Shown here in pieces: positions 52,669 to 64,000 of a stretch of 64,000 nt of DNA. The first letter of the stretch is position 1; the number at the start of each line of letters is the position of its first letter. The notes under the pieces were generated by a model. It had not been told where the DNA came from. It saw only the letters and a program-made list of their open reading frames with translations, and did no database searches. Source of the stretch: the human T2T-CHM13v2.0 reference genome, Homo sapiens; the NCBI RefSeq assembly GCF_009914755.1, contig NC_060937.1. One strand, 5' to 3'. Both the position numbers and the translations under genes were made by a program.

Positions 52669-53574
52669 CTTTGTGGTTTTATCTACTTTTGGTCTTTGAT
52701 GATGGTGATGTACAGATGGGTTTTCGGTGTGAATGTCCTTTCTCTTTGTTAGTTTTCCTTCTAACAGACAGGACCCTCAGCTGCAGGTCTGTTGGAATAC
52801 CCTGCCGTGTGTGGTGTCAGTGTGCCCCTGCGGGGGGGTGACTCCCAGTTAGGCTGCTCGGGGTTCAGGGGTCAGGGACCCACTTGAGGAGGCAGTCTGC
52901 TGGTTCTCAGATCTCCAGCTGCGTGCTGGGAGAACCACTGCTCTCTTCAAGGCTGTCAGACAGGGACATTTAAGTCTGCAGAGGTTACTGCTGTCTTTTT
53001 GTTTGTCTGTGCCCTGCCCCCAGAGGTGGAGCCTACAGAGGCAGGCAGGCCTCCTTGAGCTGTGGTGGGCTCCACCCAGTTCGAGCTTCCCAGCTGCTTT
53101 GTTTACCTAAGCAAGCCTGGGCAATGGCGGGCGCCCCTACCCCAGCCTCGCTGCCGCCTTGCAGTTTGATCTCAGACTGCTGTGCTAGCAATCGGCGAGA
53201 TTCTGTGGGCGTAGGACCCTCTGAGCCAGGTGTGGGATATAGTCTCGTGGTGCGCCGTTTTTTAAGCCGGTCTGAAAAGCGCAATATTCGGGTGGGAGTG
53301 ACCCGATTTTCCAGGTGCGTCCGTCACCCCTTTCTTTGACTCGGAAAGGGAACTCCCTGACCCCTTGCACTTGCCGAGTGAGGCAGTGCCTCACCCTGCT
53401 TCGGCTCATGAACTGTGCACTGCACCCACTGTCCTGCATCTGCTGTCTGGCACTCCCTAGTGAGATGAACCCAGTACCTCAGATGGAAATGCAGAAATCA
53501 CCCGTCTTCTGCGTCTCTCACGCTGGGAGCTGTAGACTGGAGCTGTTCCTATTCAGCCATCTTGGCTCCTCCTC
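52669..53574 (-). promoter_or_regulatory. L1 5'UTR: internal sense promoter, YY1 site and antisense promoter region
   Basis: ~905-bp relatively CpG-rich 5'UTR; YY1 core CAAGATGGC near 53556-53564. Promoter function is inferred from L1 biology, not shown here. Confidence 0.75.
53124..53339 (+). CDS. Intact LINE-1 antisense ORF0 (71 aa)
   Basis: MAGAPTPASLPPCSLISDCCASNRRDSVGVGPSEPGVGYSLVVRRFLSRSEKRNIRVGVTRFSRCVRHPFL* matches primate L1 ORF0 in sequence, length and antisense 5'UTR position. Expression unknown. Confidence 0.75.
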   Translation: MAGAPTPASLPPCSLISDCCASNRRDSVGVGPSEPGVGYSLVVRRFLSRSEKRNIRVGVTRFSRCVRHPFL

Positions 53575-54481
53575 CAGTGTAGTTTTTATTTGAAGAAGAT
53601 ATTTCCTTTTCCACAACAGGCCTCAAAGCTCTCCAAATATCCACTTGCTGGTTCTGCAAAAAGAGTGTTTCAGAACTGCTCAATAAAAATAAAGGTTCAA
53701 CTCTGTGTGATGAATGCACTCATCACAAACAAGTTTCTCAGAATGCTTCCACGTAGTTTTAATGTGAAGGTATTTCCTTTTCCACAATAGGCCCCACACT
53801 CTACAAATATCCACTAGGTCATTCTTCAAAAAGGATGTTTCAAAACTGCTCAATAAAAAAAAAGGTTCAACTCCGTGTGAGGAATGTATTCATCACAAAG
53901 AAGTTTCTCTGAATGCTTCTGTGTAGTTTTTATATGAAGATATTTCCTTTTACACAATAGGGCACAAAGGGCTCCAAATATCCCCTTACAGATTCTACAA
54001 AAAGAGAGATTCAAAACTGCTCAGTCAAAAGATAGGTTCATCTCTGTGAGTTGAATGCACACATCACAATGAAGTTTCTCAGAATGCTTCTGGGATAGTT
54101 TTTATTTGAGGATATTTCCTTTTACACAATAGGCCTCAAAACTCTCCAAATATCCAATTGGTCTTTCTGCAAAAAGGGTGTTTCAAAACTGCTCAATAAA
54201 ACGAAAGGTTCAACTCTGTGTGAGGAATGCATTCATCACAAAGAAGTTTCTCTGAATGGTTCTGTGTAGTTTTTATTTGAAGATATTTCCTATTCCACCA
54301 TAGGGCACAAAGGGCTCAAAATATCCACTTGCAGATTCTACAAAAAGAGAGATTCAAAAGTGCTCAGTGACAAGATAAGTTCAACTCTGTGAGTTGAATG
54401 CACAACTCATGAAGAAGTTTCTCAGAATGCTTCTGTGTAGTTTTTATGTGAAGATATTTCCTTTTCCAAAATAGGCCTCAA
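53575..54481 (-). repeat. Alpha satellite, ~5 monomers between the L1 and HSat3
   Basis: Same CTGTGTAG/ATATCCAC monomer type as 44300-47549; cut at ATAGGCCTCAA. Confidence 0.96.
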
Positions 54482-57400
54482 CAGAATGGAATGGAATAGA
54501 AAGAATTGGAGTGGACTAGAATGGATGGACCCAAAGGGAATGGAATCGAATGCAATATAATTGAATGGATTAGAATCAACCAGAATCGAATGGAATCAAA
54601 TGGAATGTGGCAAACTGGATTGGAGCAAAGTGGAATGGAGTGGAATGGAATGGAGTGGAATGGAATAGAGTAGAGTGTATTGGAGTGGCGGCGAATGGAA
54701 TGGAATGGTAAGGAATGGAATTGAAAGGAGTGCAGTGGAGCGGAGTGGAGTGGAATGTAATGGAATGGATGGAATGGAGTGGAGTGGAGAGGAGAGGTGT
54801 GGAGGGGAGTGGAATGGAATAGAATGGAATTGAATAAAATGGACTCATATGAAATGAACTGGTATAGAATGGACTGGAATGGAAAGGACTTAAATGGAAT
54901 GCACTCAAATAGAATGGACGCTAATGGAATGGAGTCAAATATAATGGAATGGAATGGAATCGAATGGAATGGAATGGCTTCGAATGGAATGAGATCAAAT
55001 GGAATAGTAGCGAATGGAATCGCATGGAATGGAATTGAATGGAATGGAATGAAATGGCATCGAATGGAATCGAATGGAATGCAGTGAATTGGAGAGGAGT
55101 GAAGTGGAATGGAGTGGAATAGAATAGGGTGGAATGGAATTGAATGTAATGGAGAGGAGTGGAGTGGAATGGAGTGGAATGAAATGGAATGGGAAGGAAT
55201 GGTATTGAACGGAGGGGACTGGAGTAGAGTGGAGTGGAATGGAATGCAATGGAATGGAATGGAATGGAATGGAATGCAATTGAGTAAAATGGAATGGAAA
55301 AGATAGGAACGGAATGGTCTGGAGTGGGTTAGGATGGTGTGGAGTGAAGTGGAATGGAATGGAGTGGAATGGAATGGAATGGAGTGGAGTAGAGTGGAAA
55401 GGAGTGGAGTGGAGTGGAATGGAATAGAATGCAATGGAATGGAAAGGTATGGACTCTAATGGAATGAAGTGGGATGGAGTGGACTCGAATAGAATGGACT
55501 GGAATGGAACAGACATGAATGGAATGGACTCGAATGGAATGGAATCAAACATAATGTAATGGAATGGAATCGAATCAAATAGAATGAAATGGAATCATAT
55601 GGAAGTGAATAAAATTTAATGTGATGTAATGAAAAGGAATAGAATGGAAAGGAATCAAATCGAAAGTGATTGAATGGAATAGAATCGAATGGAATGGAAT
55701 CGAATTGAATGGAATCGAATGTCATCAAATGAAATCAAAAGGAATATGGTAAAGTGGAGAGGAGGGGAGTGGAATGGAGTTGAAGGGAATTTGGTGGAAT
55801 GGAATTGAATGTGGTGGTGTGGAGTGGAGTGGAATGGAGTGGAATGTAATGGAATGGGAAGGATAGGAACTGAATGGAGTGGAGTGGAGTGGAGTGGAGT
55901 GGAATGGATTGCAATGGAATGGAATGGATAGTAAAGGAATGGACACGAATGGAATGGAAGGGACTTGAATGGAATGGACTGGAATAGAATGGACTGGAAT
56001 GGAATGGACACGAATGGAATGGACTGGAATGGAATGGACTGGACTGGAATGGAATGGACACGAATGGAATGGACTGGAATGGAATGGACTCGAACGGAAT
56101 GGAATCGAACAGAGTGGAATAGAATGCAATGAAATAGAATGCAATGGAATCGGATGAAATGGAATCAATCGGAATGGAATCGAATGACATCAAATGGAAT
56201 TGAATGGAATGTGGTATAGTGGAGTGCAGTGGAGTGGAATGGAGTTGAATGGAATGTGGGTAATGTAATTGAATGTAGTGGAGTAGAGTGGAATAGAGTG
56301 GAATGGAAAGGAATGGGAAGTAATGAAATTGAATCGAGTGGAGTGGACTGGACTGGAGTTAAATGCAATGGAGTGGAATGGAATGGAGGAGAGTGGAGTG
56401 GAATGGAGTGGAATGGAGTGGAGTGGAGTGGAGTGCAACGGAAAGGCATGGAATGGAATGGAATGGAATGGAATGTACTCAAATGGAATGGAATAAAGTG
56501 GAATGGAATAGAATGTAATGGAATCGAATTGAATGGAATGGAATGGAATGGAATGGAATGGAATAGAATGGAATGGAATGAAATCAAATGGAATTTGGTG
56601 AATTGGAGTGGAGTGGATTGGAAAGGAGAGGAATGGAATGTGTGGAATGGAATTGAATAGAGTGGAGTGGAGTGGAGTGGAATGGAGTTGAATGGTATGG
56701 AATGAGAAGGAATGGAATTGAACGTAGTGGATTGGAGTGGAAAGCAATAGAATGGAATTGAATGGAGTGGAGTGGAGTGCCGAGGAGTAGAGTGGAATGC
56801 AATGGAATGGAATGGAATTGAGTGGAAAGGAAAGGAATGGAATGGAATTTAGTGGAGTGGAATGGAATGGAATGGAATGGAAAGGAATGGAATGGAATGG
56901 AATCGAATAGAATGTAATAGAATGGAATTGAATCAAATCAAATGGAATCGAATGGAATTCGGTGAAGTGAAGTGCAGTGGAGTGGAAAGGATGGGAATGC
57001 AGTGGGGTGGAATGGATTTGAATGGATTGTAGTGGACTGGTGTAGAATGGAAGGGAATTGAATGGAATGGGAGGGAATGGAATTGAACGGTGTGGAGTGG
57101 ATTGGAGTGGAGTGGAAAGTAGCGGAATGCAGTAGAGTGGTGTGTAATGTAAATGAATGCAATGGAGTGGAGTGGAGTGGAATGTCGTGGAATGGAGTGG
57201 AGTAGAAAGGAATGGAATGGAATGGAATGGAACGGAATGGAATTCAATGGAATGGGACAGAATGGAATTGAACAAAGTGGAGTGTAGTGGAGTGGAGCAG
57301 AGTGGAATGCAAAGTAATAGAATGGAATGGAATGGAATGGAATGGAATGGAATGGAATGGAATGCAATAAATTGGAATGGACTTGAATGGAATGGAAACG

Positions 57401-60400
57401 AATGGAATGGAATCAAATGGAATGGAACCGAATTGGATGGAATCAAATGGAATGGAATTGAATGGAATGGCATCGAATGGAATGGAATCGAATGGAAAGG
57501 AATTGAATGGAATGGTATTGAATGGAATGGAAAGAAATGGAATGGAATGGAAACAAACGGTATGGTATCGAATGTAATGGAATCGAATGGCACCAAATGG
57601 AATTGAAAGGAATGCGGTGAAGTGGAGTAAAGTGGGTTGAAATGGAGTGGAATGGAATGTGGAGGAATGGAATTGAATGGAGTGGAGTCGAGTTGAGGGG
57701 AATGAAGTGGAATGGAAAGGAATAGGAATGATTGGAATTGAAAGGAGTGGAGTGGAGTGGAATGCAATGGAATGGAATTGAGTGAAGTGGAGTCTAGTGA
57801 AGTGGAGTGTATTGGGATGGACAGGAGTGGAGTGGAGTGGAGTGCAATGGAATGGAATGAAATGGAATGGACTTGAATGGAATGGACTGGAGGGGAATGG
57901 ACTGGAATGGAATAGAATCAAATGGAATGGACTCAAATGGATTGGAATCGAATGGAATGGAACGGAGTAGAATGGAATGGAACGGAATAGAGTGGAATAG
58001 AACAGAATGGATTCGAATGGAATGGACACGAATGGAATGGAATGGAATGGAGTGGAATGGAATGGAATGCAATGGAAAGGAATCGAATGGAATGGAATTG
58101 ATTGGAATGTAATTGAATGGAATCAAATCCAATGGCATTGAATGGAATAGAATGGAATGCAGTGAAGTCAACTGGAGTGGAGTGGAATACAGTGGAATGG
58201 AATGGGGTGGAATGGAATTGAATGGATTGGAGTGGAGTGGATTGGCATGGAGTGGAATGGAATGGAATGGGAAGAAATGGAATTGAATGGAGTGGAGAGG
58301 ATTGGAGAGGAGTGGAATGCAATGCAATGGAAAGGAATGGAATGAAGTGGAGTGCAGTGGACTACACTGGAGTGGAGTTGAATTGAATGAAGTGGAGTGG
58401 AGTGGAATGGAATGGTGTGAAGTGGAATGGAATGGAATGGAATGGAATGAACTGGAATGGAATGGACTGGAATTGAATGGACTCGAATGGAATGGACTGG
58501 AATGGAATGGACTCAACTGGAATGGTCTGGAATGTAATGGACTCAAATGGAGTGGAATCGGATGGAATGGAATCAAATGAAAAGGAATCGAATGGAATGG
58601 CATCGAATGCAATGGAATCAAATGGCAAAGAATGGCATCAAATGGGAACGAATAGAATGCGGTGAGGCAGAGTGGAGTGGAATTGAGTGGAATGGAATGG
58701 GTTCGAACGGAACTGAATGGAGTAGCTTGGAATGTAGTGGAATAGAGTGGAATGGAATAGAATGGGAAGGAATGGTATTGAAAGGAGTGGAGTGGAGTGG
58801 AATGGAGTAGAAAGGAATGCAATGGAATGGAATGGAGTGGAGTGGAGTGGAGTGGAATGGAGATGAGTGGAGTGGAATGGAAGGGAATGGAAGGGAATGG
58901 AATGGAAGGGAATGGAATGGTAAGGAATGGAGTGTAGCGGAGTGAAATGGAATGCAATGTAATAGAATGGAATACAATGGAATGGAATGGAATGGAATGA
59001 ACTTGAAAGAAACGGAGTGGGATGGAATGGAATGGAATGGAATGGGCTTGAATGAAATGGGCTCGAATGGAAGGGATTCGAATGGAATGGAACCAAAAGG
59101 AATGAAATCAAATGGAATGGAATTGAATGCAATGTAATCAAATGGCATTGAAAGGAATTGAATGGACTTAGTGAATGGGAGTTAAAGGGAGTGGAATGGA
59201 AAGACGTGGAAAGGGATGTAATGGAGTGAAGTGGAGTGGAGTGCATTGGAGTGGAACAGAATGGAATGGACAGGAGTAGATTTGAGTGGAGTGGAGAGGA
59301 ATGCAGTGGAATGGAACAGAAAGGAATGGAATGGAGTGGAGTGAAGTGGAACAAAATGGAATGGAATGGAATGGAAAGCAGGGACATGTAATGGATTGGA
59401 TTGGAATGGCCTGGAATGGAATGGAGTCAAGTGGAATGGACTTGAATGGCACGTACTCGAATTCAGTGGACTCCAAAGGAATGGACTCAAATGGAATGGA
59501 CTGGAAGGGAATATATATGAATTGAATGGACTCGAATGGAATAGAGTGGAATGGAATGAAATCAAATGGAGTGGAATCAGAAGGAATGGAATCGGATGGA
59601 AAGGAATGTAATGGAATGAAATGGAATTGAATGGAATGGAATGGAATGGAATGGAATGGAATGGAATGGAATCGAATGGAATGGAATCAAATGCAATGGA
59701 ATAGAATGGCAACAAATGGCATTGAATGGGATCGAACAGAGTGCGGTGAGCTGGAGTGGAGTGGAATGGAATTGAGTGGAATGGAATGGGTTGGAACAAA
59801 ACTGAATGGAGTAGCTTGGATTCTAGTGGAATGGAGTGGAATGGAATGGAATGGGGAAGAAGGGAATTGAACGGAGTGGAGTGGAGTGGAATGGAGTGGA
59901 ATGGAATGCAATGGAATGGAATGGACTGGAATGGAGTGGAGTGGAGCAGAGCAGAGAGGAGTGGAGTGGAGTGAAGTGGAGTGGAGTTGAGTGGAGTGGA
60001 ATGGAACGAAATGGAATGGAAGCGAATGGAATGGTATGGAATGGAGTGTAGTGGAGTGGAACGGAATGGAGTCATGTGGAGTGGAATGGAATGCAATGGA
60101 ATAGAAAGGAATAAAATGGAATGGACTCGAATAGAATGGACTTGGTTGAAACGGAGTGGGATGGAATGGACTGGAATGGAATGGGCTTGAATGGAAAGGG
60201 ATCGAATGGAATGGATTCAAATGAAATAGAATCGAACGGAATGAAATCAAATGGAATGGAATTGAATGCAATATAATCGATTGACATCTAATGGAATCAA
60301 ATGGACTTAGTCGAGTTAATTGGAGTGGAAAAGAGTGCAATGGAATGGGGTGGAAAGGAATTTAATGGAGTGAATTGGAGTGGAGTGGAATGGAGTGGAA

Positions 60401-63400
60401 TGGAATGGAAGGGGAAGAATGGAATTGATTGGAGTAGAGTTGAGTAGAGTGGATTGGAGACGAATGCAGTAGAATGGAATGGAAAGGAATGGAGTGGAGT
60501 GGAGTAGAGTGGAAAGGATTGGAATGAAATGGAATGGAAAGCTGTAGCATTGAAAGGATTGGAATGGAATGTACTGGAATGGAATGGAATCAAGTGGAAT
60601 GGACTCGAATGGCACGTACTCAAATTGAGAGGACTCGAAAGGAATGGACTCAAATGGAATGGAATCGAATGTAATAGTCACGAATTGCATGGAAATGTAT
60701 GAATAGGAATCGAATTGAAAGGCATCAAATGGAATGAAATCGAATGGAATGGAATCTAACGGATTGGAATCAAATGGAATGGAATCTAATGGAATGGAAT
60801 GTAACGGAATGGAATCGAGTGGAATATAATCGAATGGAATATAATAAAATGGCACCGAATGGAATCAAACGGAATGCGGTGAAGTGGAGTGGAATGGAGT
60901 GGAATAGAGTGGAATGGAATGGTGTTCAATGGAATTGAATGGAGAGGAGTGGAGTAGAAGGCAGTGGATTGGAATTAAATGGGAAGGAATGGAATTGAAC
61001 AGAATGGAGTGGAGTGGAACGCAATGGAATGGAATGGAGTGTAGTGGACTGGAGTTGAGTGGAGTGGAGTAGAGTTGAATGGAAAGAAGTGGAATGGAAT
61101 GGAATGAAGTGGAATGGAGTGGAGTGGATAAATTGCAATGGAATGCAATGCAGTGGAAAGGAATGGAGGGGATTGGAGTTGACTGGAGGGGAGTGGAATG
61201 GAATGGAGTCGAGTGGAATGGAATGGAGTGGATTGGAATGGAATGGAGGGGAATGGAATGGAATGGAATGGAATGGAGTGGAGTGGAATAGAATGGAATG
61301 GAATGGAGTGGATTGGAATAGAATAGAATGGAATGGAGTGGAATGGAATGGGTTGGAAAGGAATGGAATGGAACGGAATGGACAGGAGTGTAGAAAAGTG
61401 GAGTGGAGTGGAATTGAATGGAGTGGAGTGGAGTGGAATGGAATGGAATACTATGGAACGGACCGGAAGGGAATGGACCCGAATGGAATGGACTTGAATG
61501 GAATGGATTCGAATGCAATGGACTCGAATAGAAAGGAATTGAATTAAATGGAATCGAAAGGAATGGAATCAAATGGTATCTAATATATAGGAATGGAATG
61601 TGGTGAAGTGGAGTGGAGTAGACTCGAATGGAGAGGAATGGAATGGTGTGGAATTGTATTGAATAAAGTGGAGTGCAGTGGAGTGGAATGGGGTGGAATG
61701 GAGTGGAATGGGAAGGAATGGAATCAGAAGGAAGGGAATGGAATGGAGTGGAGTGGATTGGAATGCAATGGAATGGAATGGATTGGAGTGGAGTGGAGTG
61801 GAATGGAATGGAGTGGCATGGAATAGAATGGAATGGAATGGAAAGCACTGGAGTGGAGTGGAGTGGAATGGAGTGGAATGGAAAGGAATGGGAAGGAATG
61901 GAATTGAATGGAGTGGAGTGGAGTGGAGTGCAATGGAATGGAATGGAATGAATTGCAGGGGATTGGAGTGGAGTGCAATGGAATGGAGTGGAGTGGAGTA
62001 GGTTGGAGTGGAGTGGAGTTTAATGGAATGGAATGGAGTGGAATGGAATGGAATGGTTTCGAATGGAACTAAATTGAATGGTTTGGAAAAGAATGGGAAG
62101 GAATCAAATGGAATGGAATCGCATAGAATGGAATCGAATGTAACGCAATTGAATGGAACGGAATGAAATGGAATTGAATTGAATGAAATGGAATCAAATC
62201 GAATGGAATGAAATGGCATCGAATTGAATCGAATGGAATGTGGTGAAGTGGAGTGGAGTGGAACGGAGTGGAATGGAATGGGGTGGAATGGAATTGAATG
62301 GAGTGGAGTGGAGTGGAAAGCAATGGAATGGAATGGAATGGAATGGTGTGGATTGAATTGGAGTGTAGTGGAGTGTATTGGAGTGGAATGGAGAGGAATG
62401 GAGGGGAAGGGAGTGGAATGGAATGCAGTCGAGTGGGATGGAATGGAATGGAGTGGAATGGAATGGATTGGAGAGGAAAGGAATGGCATAGAATGGAATG
62501 AGGTGGAAACGAATGGAATTTAAGGGAGTGTAGTGGAGTGGAGTTGAGAGGAATGCTATGGAATGGAATGGAATGGAGTGGAGTGGAGAGGATTGGAGTG
62601 GACTGGAGTGGAATGGAGTGGAGTGGAGTGGAGAGGAGTGGAGTGGAATGACATGAAATAGAATGGAGGGCAGTGGAAAGGATTTGAAAGGAGTGGAGGG
62701 GAATGGAATTTAATTGAACGTGTTGAAGTGGAGTGGAGTGGAGTGGAATGCAATGGAATGGAATTGAATGAGGTCGAGTGGAGTGGAGTAGAGTGGAATG
62801 GAATGGAAAGGAATGGATATGAATGGAATCGAATGGGATCTATTGGAATCGAATGGAATGCGGCAAAGTGGAGTGGAGTGGAATGGAGTGGAATGTAATT
62901 TGGTGGAATGAAATTGAATGGAGTGGAGTGGAGTGGATTGGAATGCAGTGGAATGGAATGGAATGGAATAGAAAGGAATGGAGTGCAATTGAATCGAATG
63001 CAATGGAATGGAATGCAATGCAGTGCAGTGGAGTGCAGTTTAGTGGAGTGGAGTAGAATGGAGTGGAATGGAATGGAATGAAATGGAGTGGAATGGAATG
63101 GAATGGAGTCAAATCGAATTGAATCGAATGGAATGGAATCAAACGGTATGGAATGGAACGGAATGGAGTCGAAAGGCATCAAATGGAATCGAATGGAATG
63201 CGATGAAGTGGATTGGAGTGGAGTGAAAGGCAGTGGAATGGAACTGAGTGGAGTGGAGTGGAATGGATTGAAATGGAATGGAATGGGAAGGAATGGAATT
63301 GAACGGACTGGAGTGGAAAGGAGAGGAATGCGATGAAATGGAATGGAATGGAATGTAGTAGAGGGGAGTGTAGGGGAGTGGAATGTAATGTAATTGAATG

Positions 63401-64000
63401 GAATGGATTCGAATGGAATGGACTGGAATTTAATGGACTGGAATGGAATGGACTCTAATGGAATGGAATCAAATGGAAAGGAAACGAACGGAATGGAATC
63501 GAATTGAATGGATTCGAATGGAATGGACTGGAATGGAATGGACTCGAATGGATGGCACACGAATAGAATAGAATTGAATGGAATGGAATGGCATGGATTC
63601 AAATGGAAGGGACTGGAATTTAATGGATTGGAATAGAATGGACTGGAATGTAACGGAATAGAATGGAATGGTTTCAAACGGAATAGAATCAAATGGAATA
63701 GATTCAAATGCAATGGAGTCGAACGGAACGGAATCGAATGGAATGGATTCGAATGGAATGTACTGGATTGGAATGGACGCAAAAGTAATGCACTCGAATG
63801 GATCGGACTGGAATGGAATGGACTCAGATGGAATGCAATAGAAACGAATGGAATTGAATGGCATTGAATGGAATCGAATGGAATGTGATGAAGTGGAGTG
63901 GAGTGGAGGGAAATGCAGTGGAATGGAATGTGGTGGAATGGAATTGAATGGAGTGGAGTGGAGTGGAGTGGAATGCAATGGAATGTACTGGAATGGCGTC
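54482..64000 (+). repeat. Human Satellite 3, diverged (GGAAT)n with abundant GGAGT; continues past the window end
   Basis: Pentamer array of GGAAT, GGAGT, GGACT, CGAAT and CAAAT variants; G-rich strand on +. Confidence 0.95.

Noticed and set aside
54478-63978. Long HSIPF/STPLH and MEWNG repeat ORFs up to 525 aa
   Set aside because: Pentamer satellites naturally lack stop codons; ORFs overlap in several frames on both strands.
54482-64000. HSat2 assignment
   Set aside because: Lacks the regular ~23/26-bp CATTCGATTC/GATGAT unit; dominated by GGAAT/GGAGT pentamers.

Overview
Human pericentromeric satellite DNA with no genuine cellular genes. About 42 kb is diverged ~171-bp alpha satellite (A-box type, no CENP-B box seen) arranged in distinct layers, with a 13.2-kb block (24070-37229) inverted relative to its flanks. 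Three retroelements interrupt it, all on the minus strand and at the same position in the monomer: an AluYa5 (6670-6982), a 5'-truncated L1PA3-like element with an apparent 3' transduction (18294-24069), and a full-length, coding-dead L1PA2-like element with intact ORF0 (47550-53574). At ~54481 the alpha satellite abuts a GGAAT/GGAGT-rich Human Satellite 3 array that runs to the window end. I found no new gene system. The most unusual signals are short (80-300 bp) perfect-identity tracts carrying non-consensus variants, shared between the two L1s and between distant alpha monomers (non-allelic gene conversion or a polishing artefact), and an inversion breakpoint fused to the truncated L1 5' end. 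All alignments and subfamily calls were made by eye against remembered consensus sequences and need computational confirmation.
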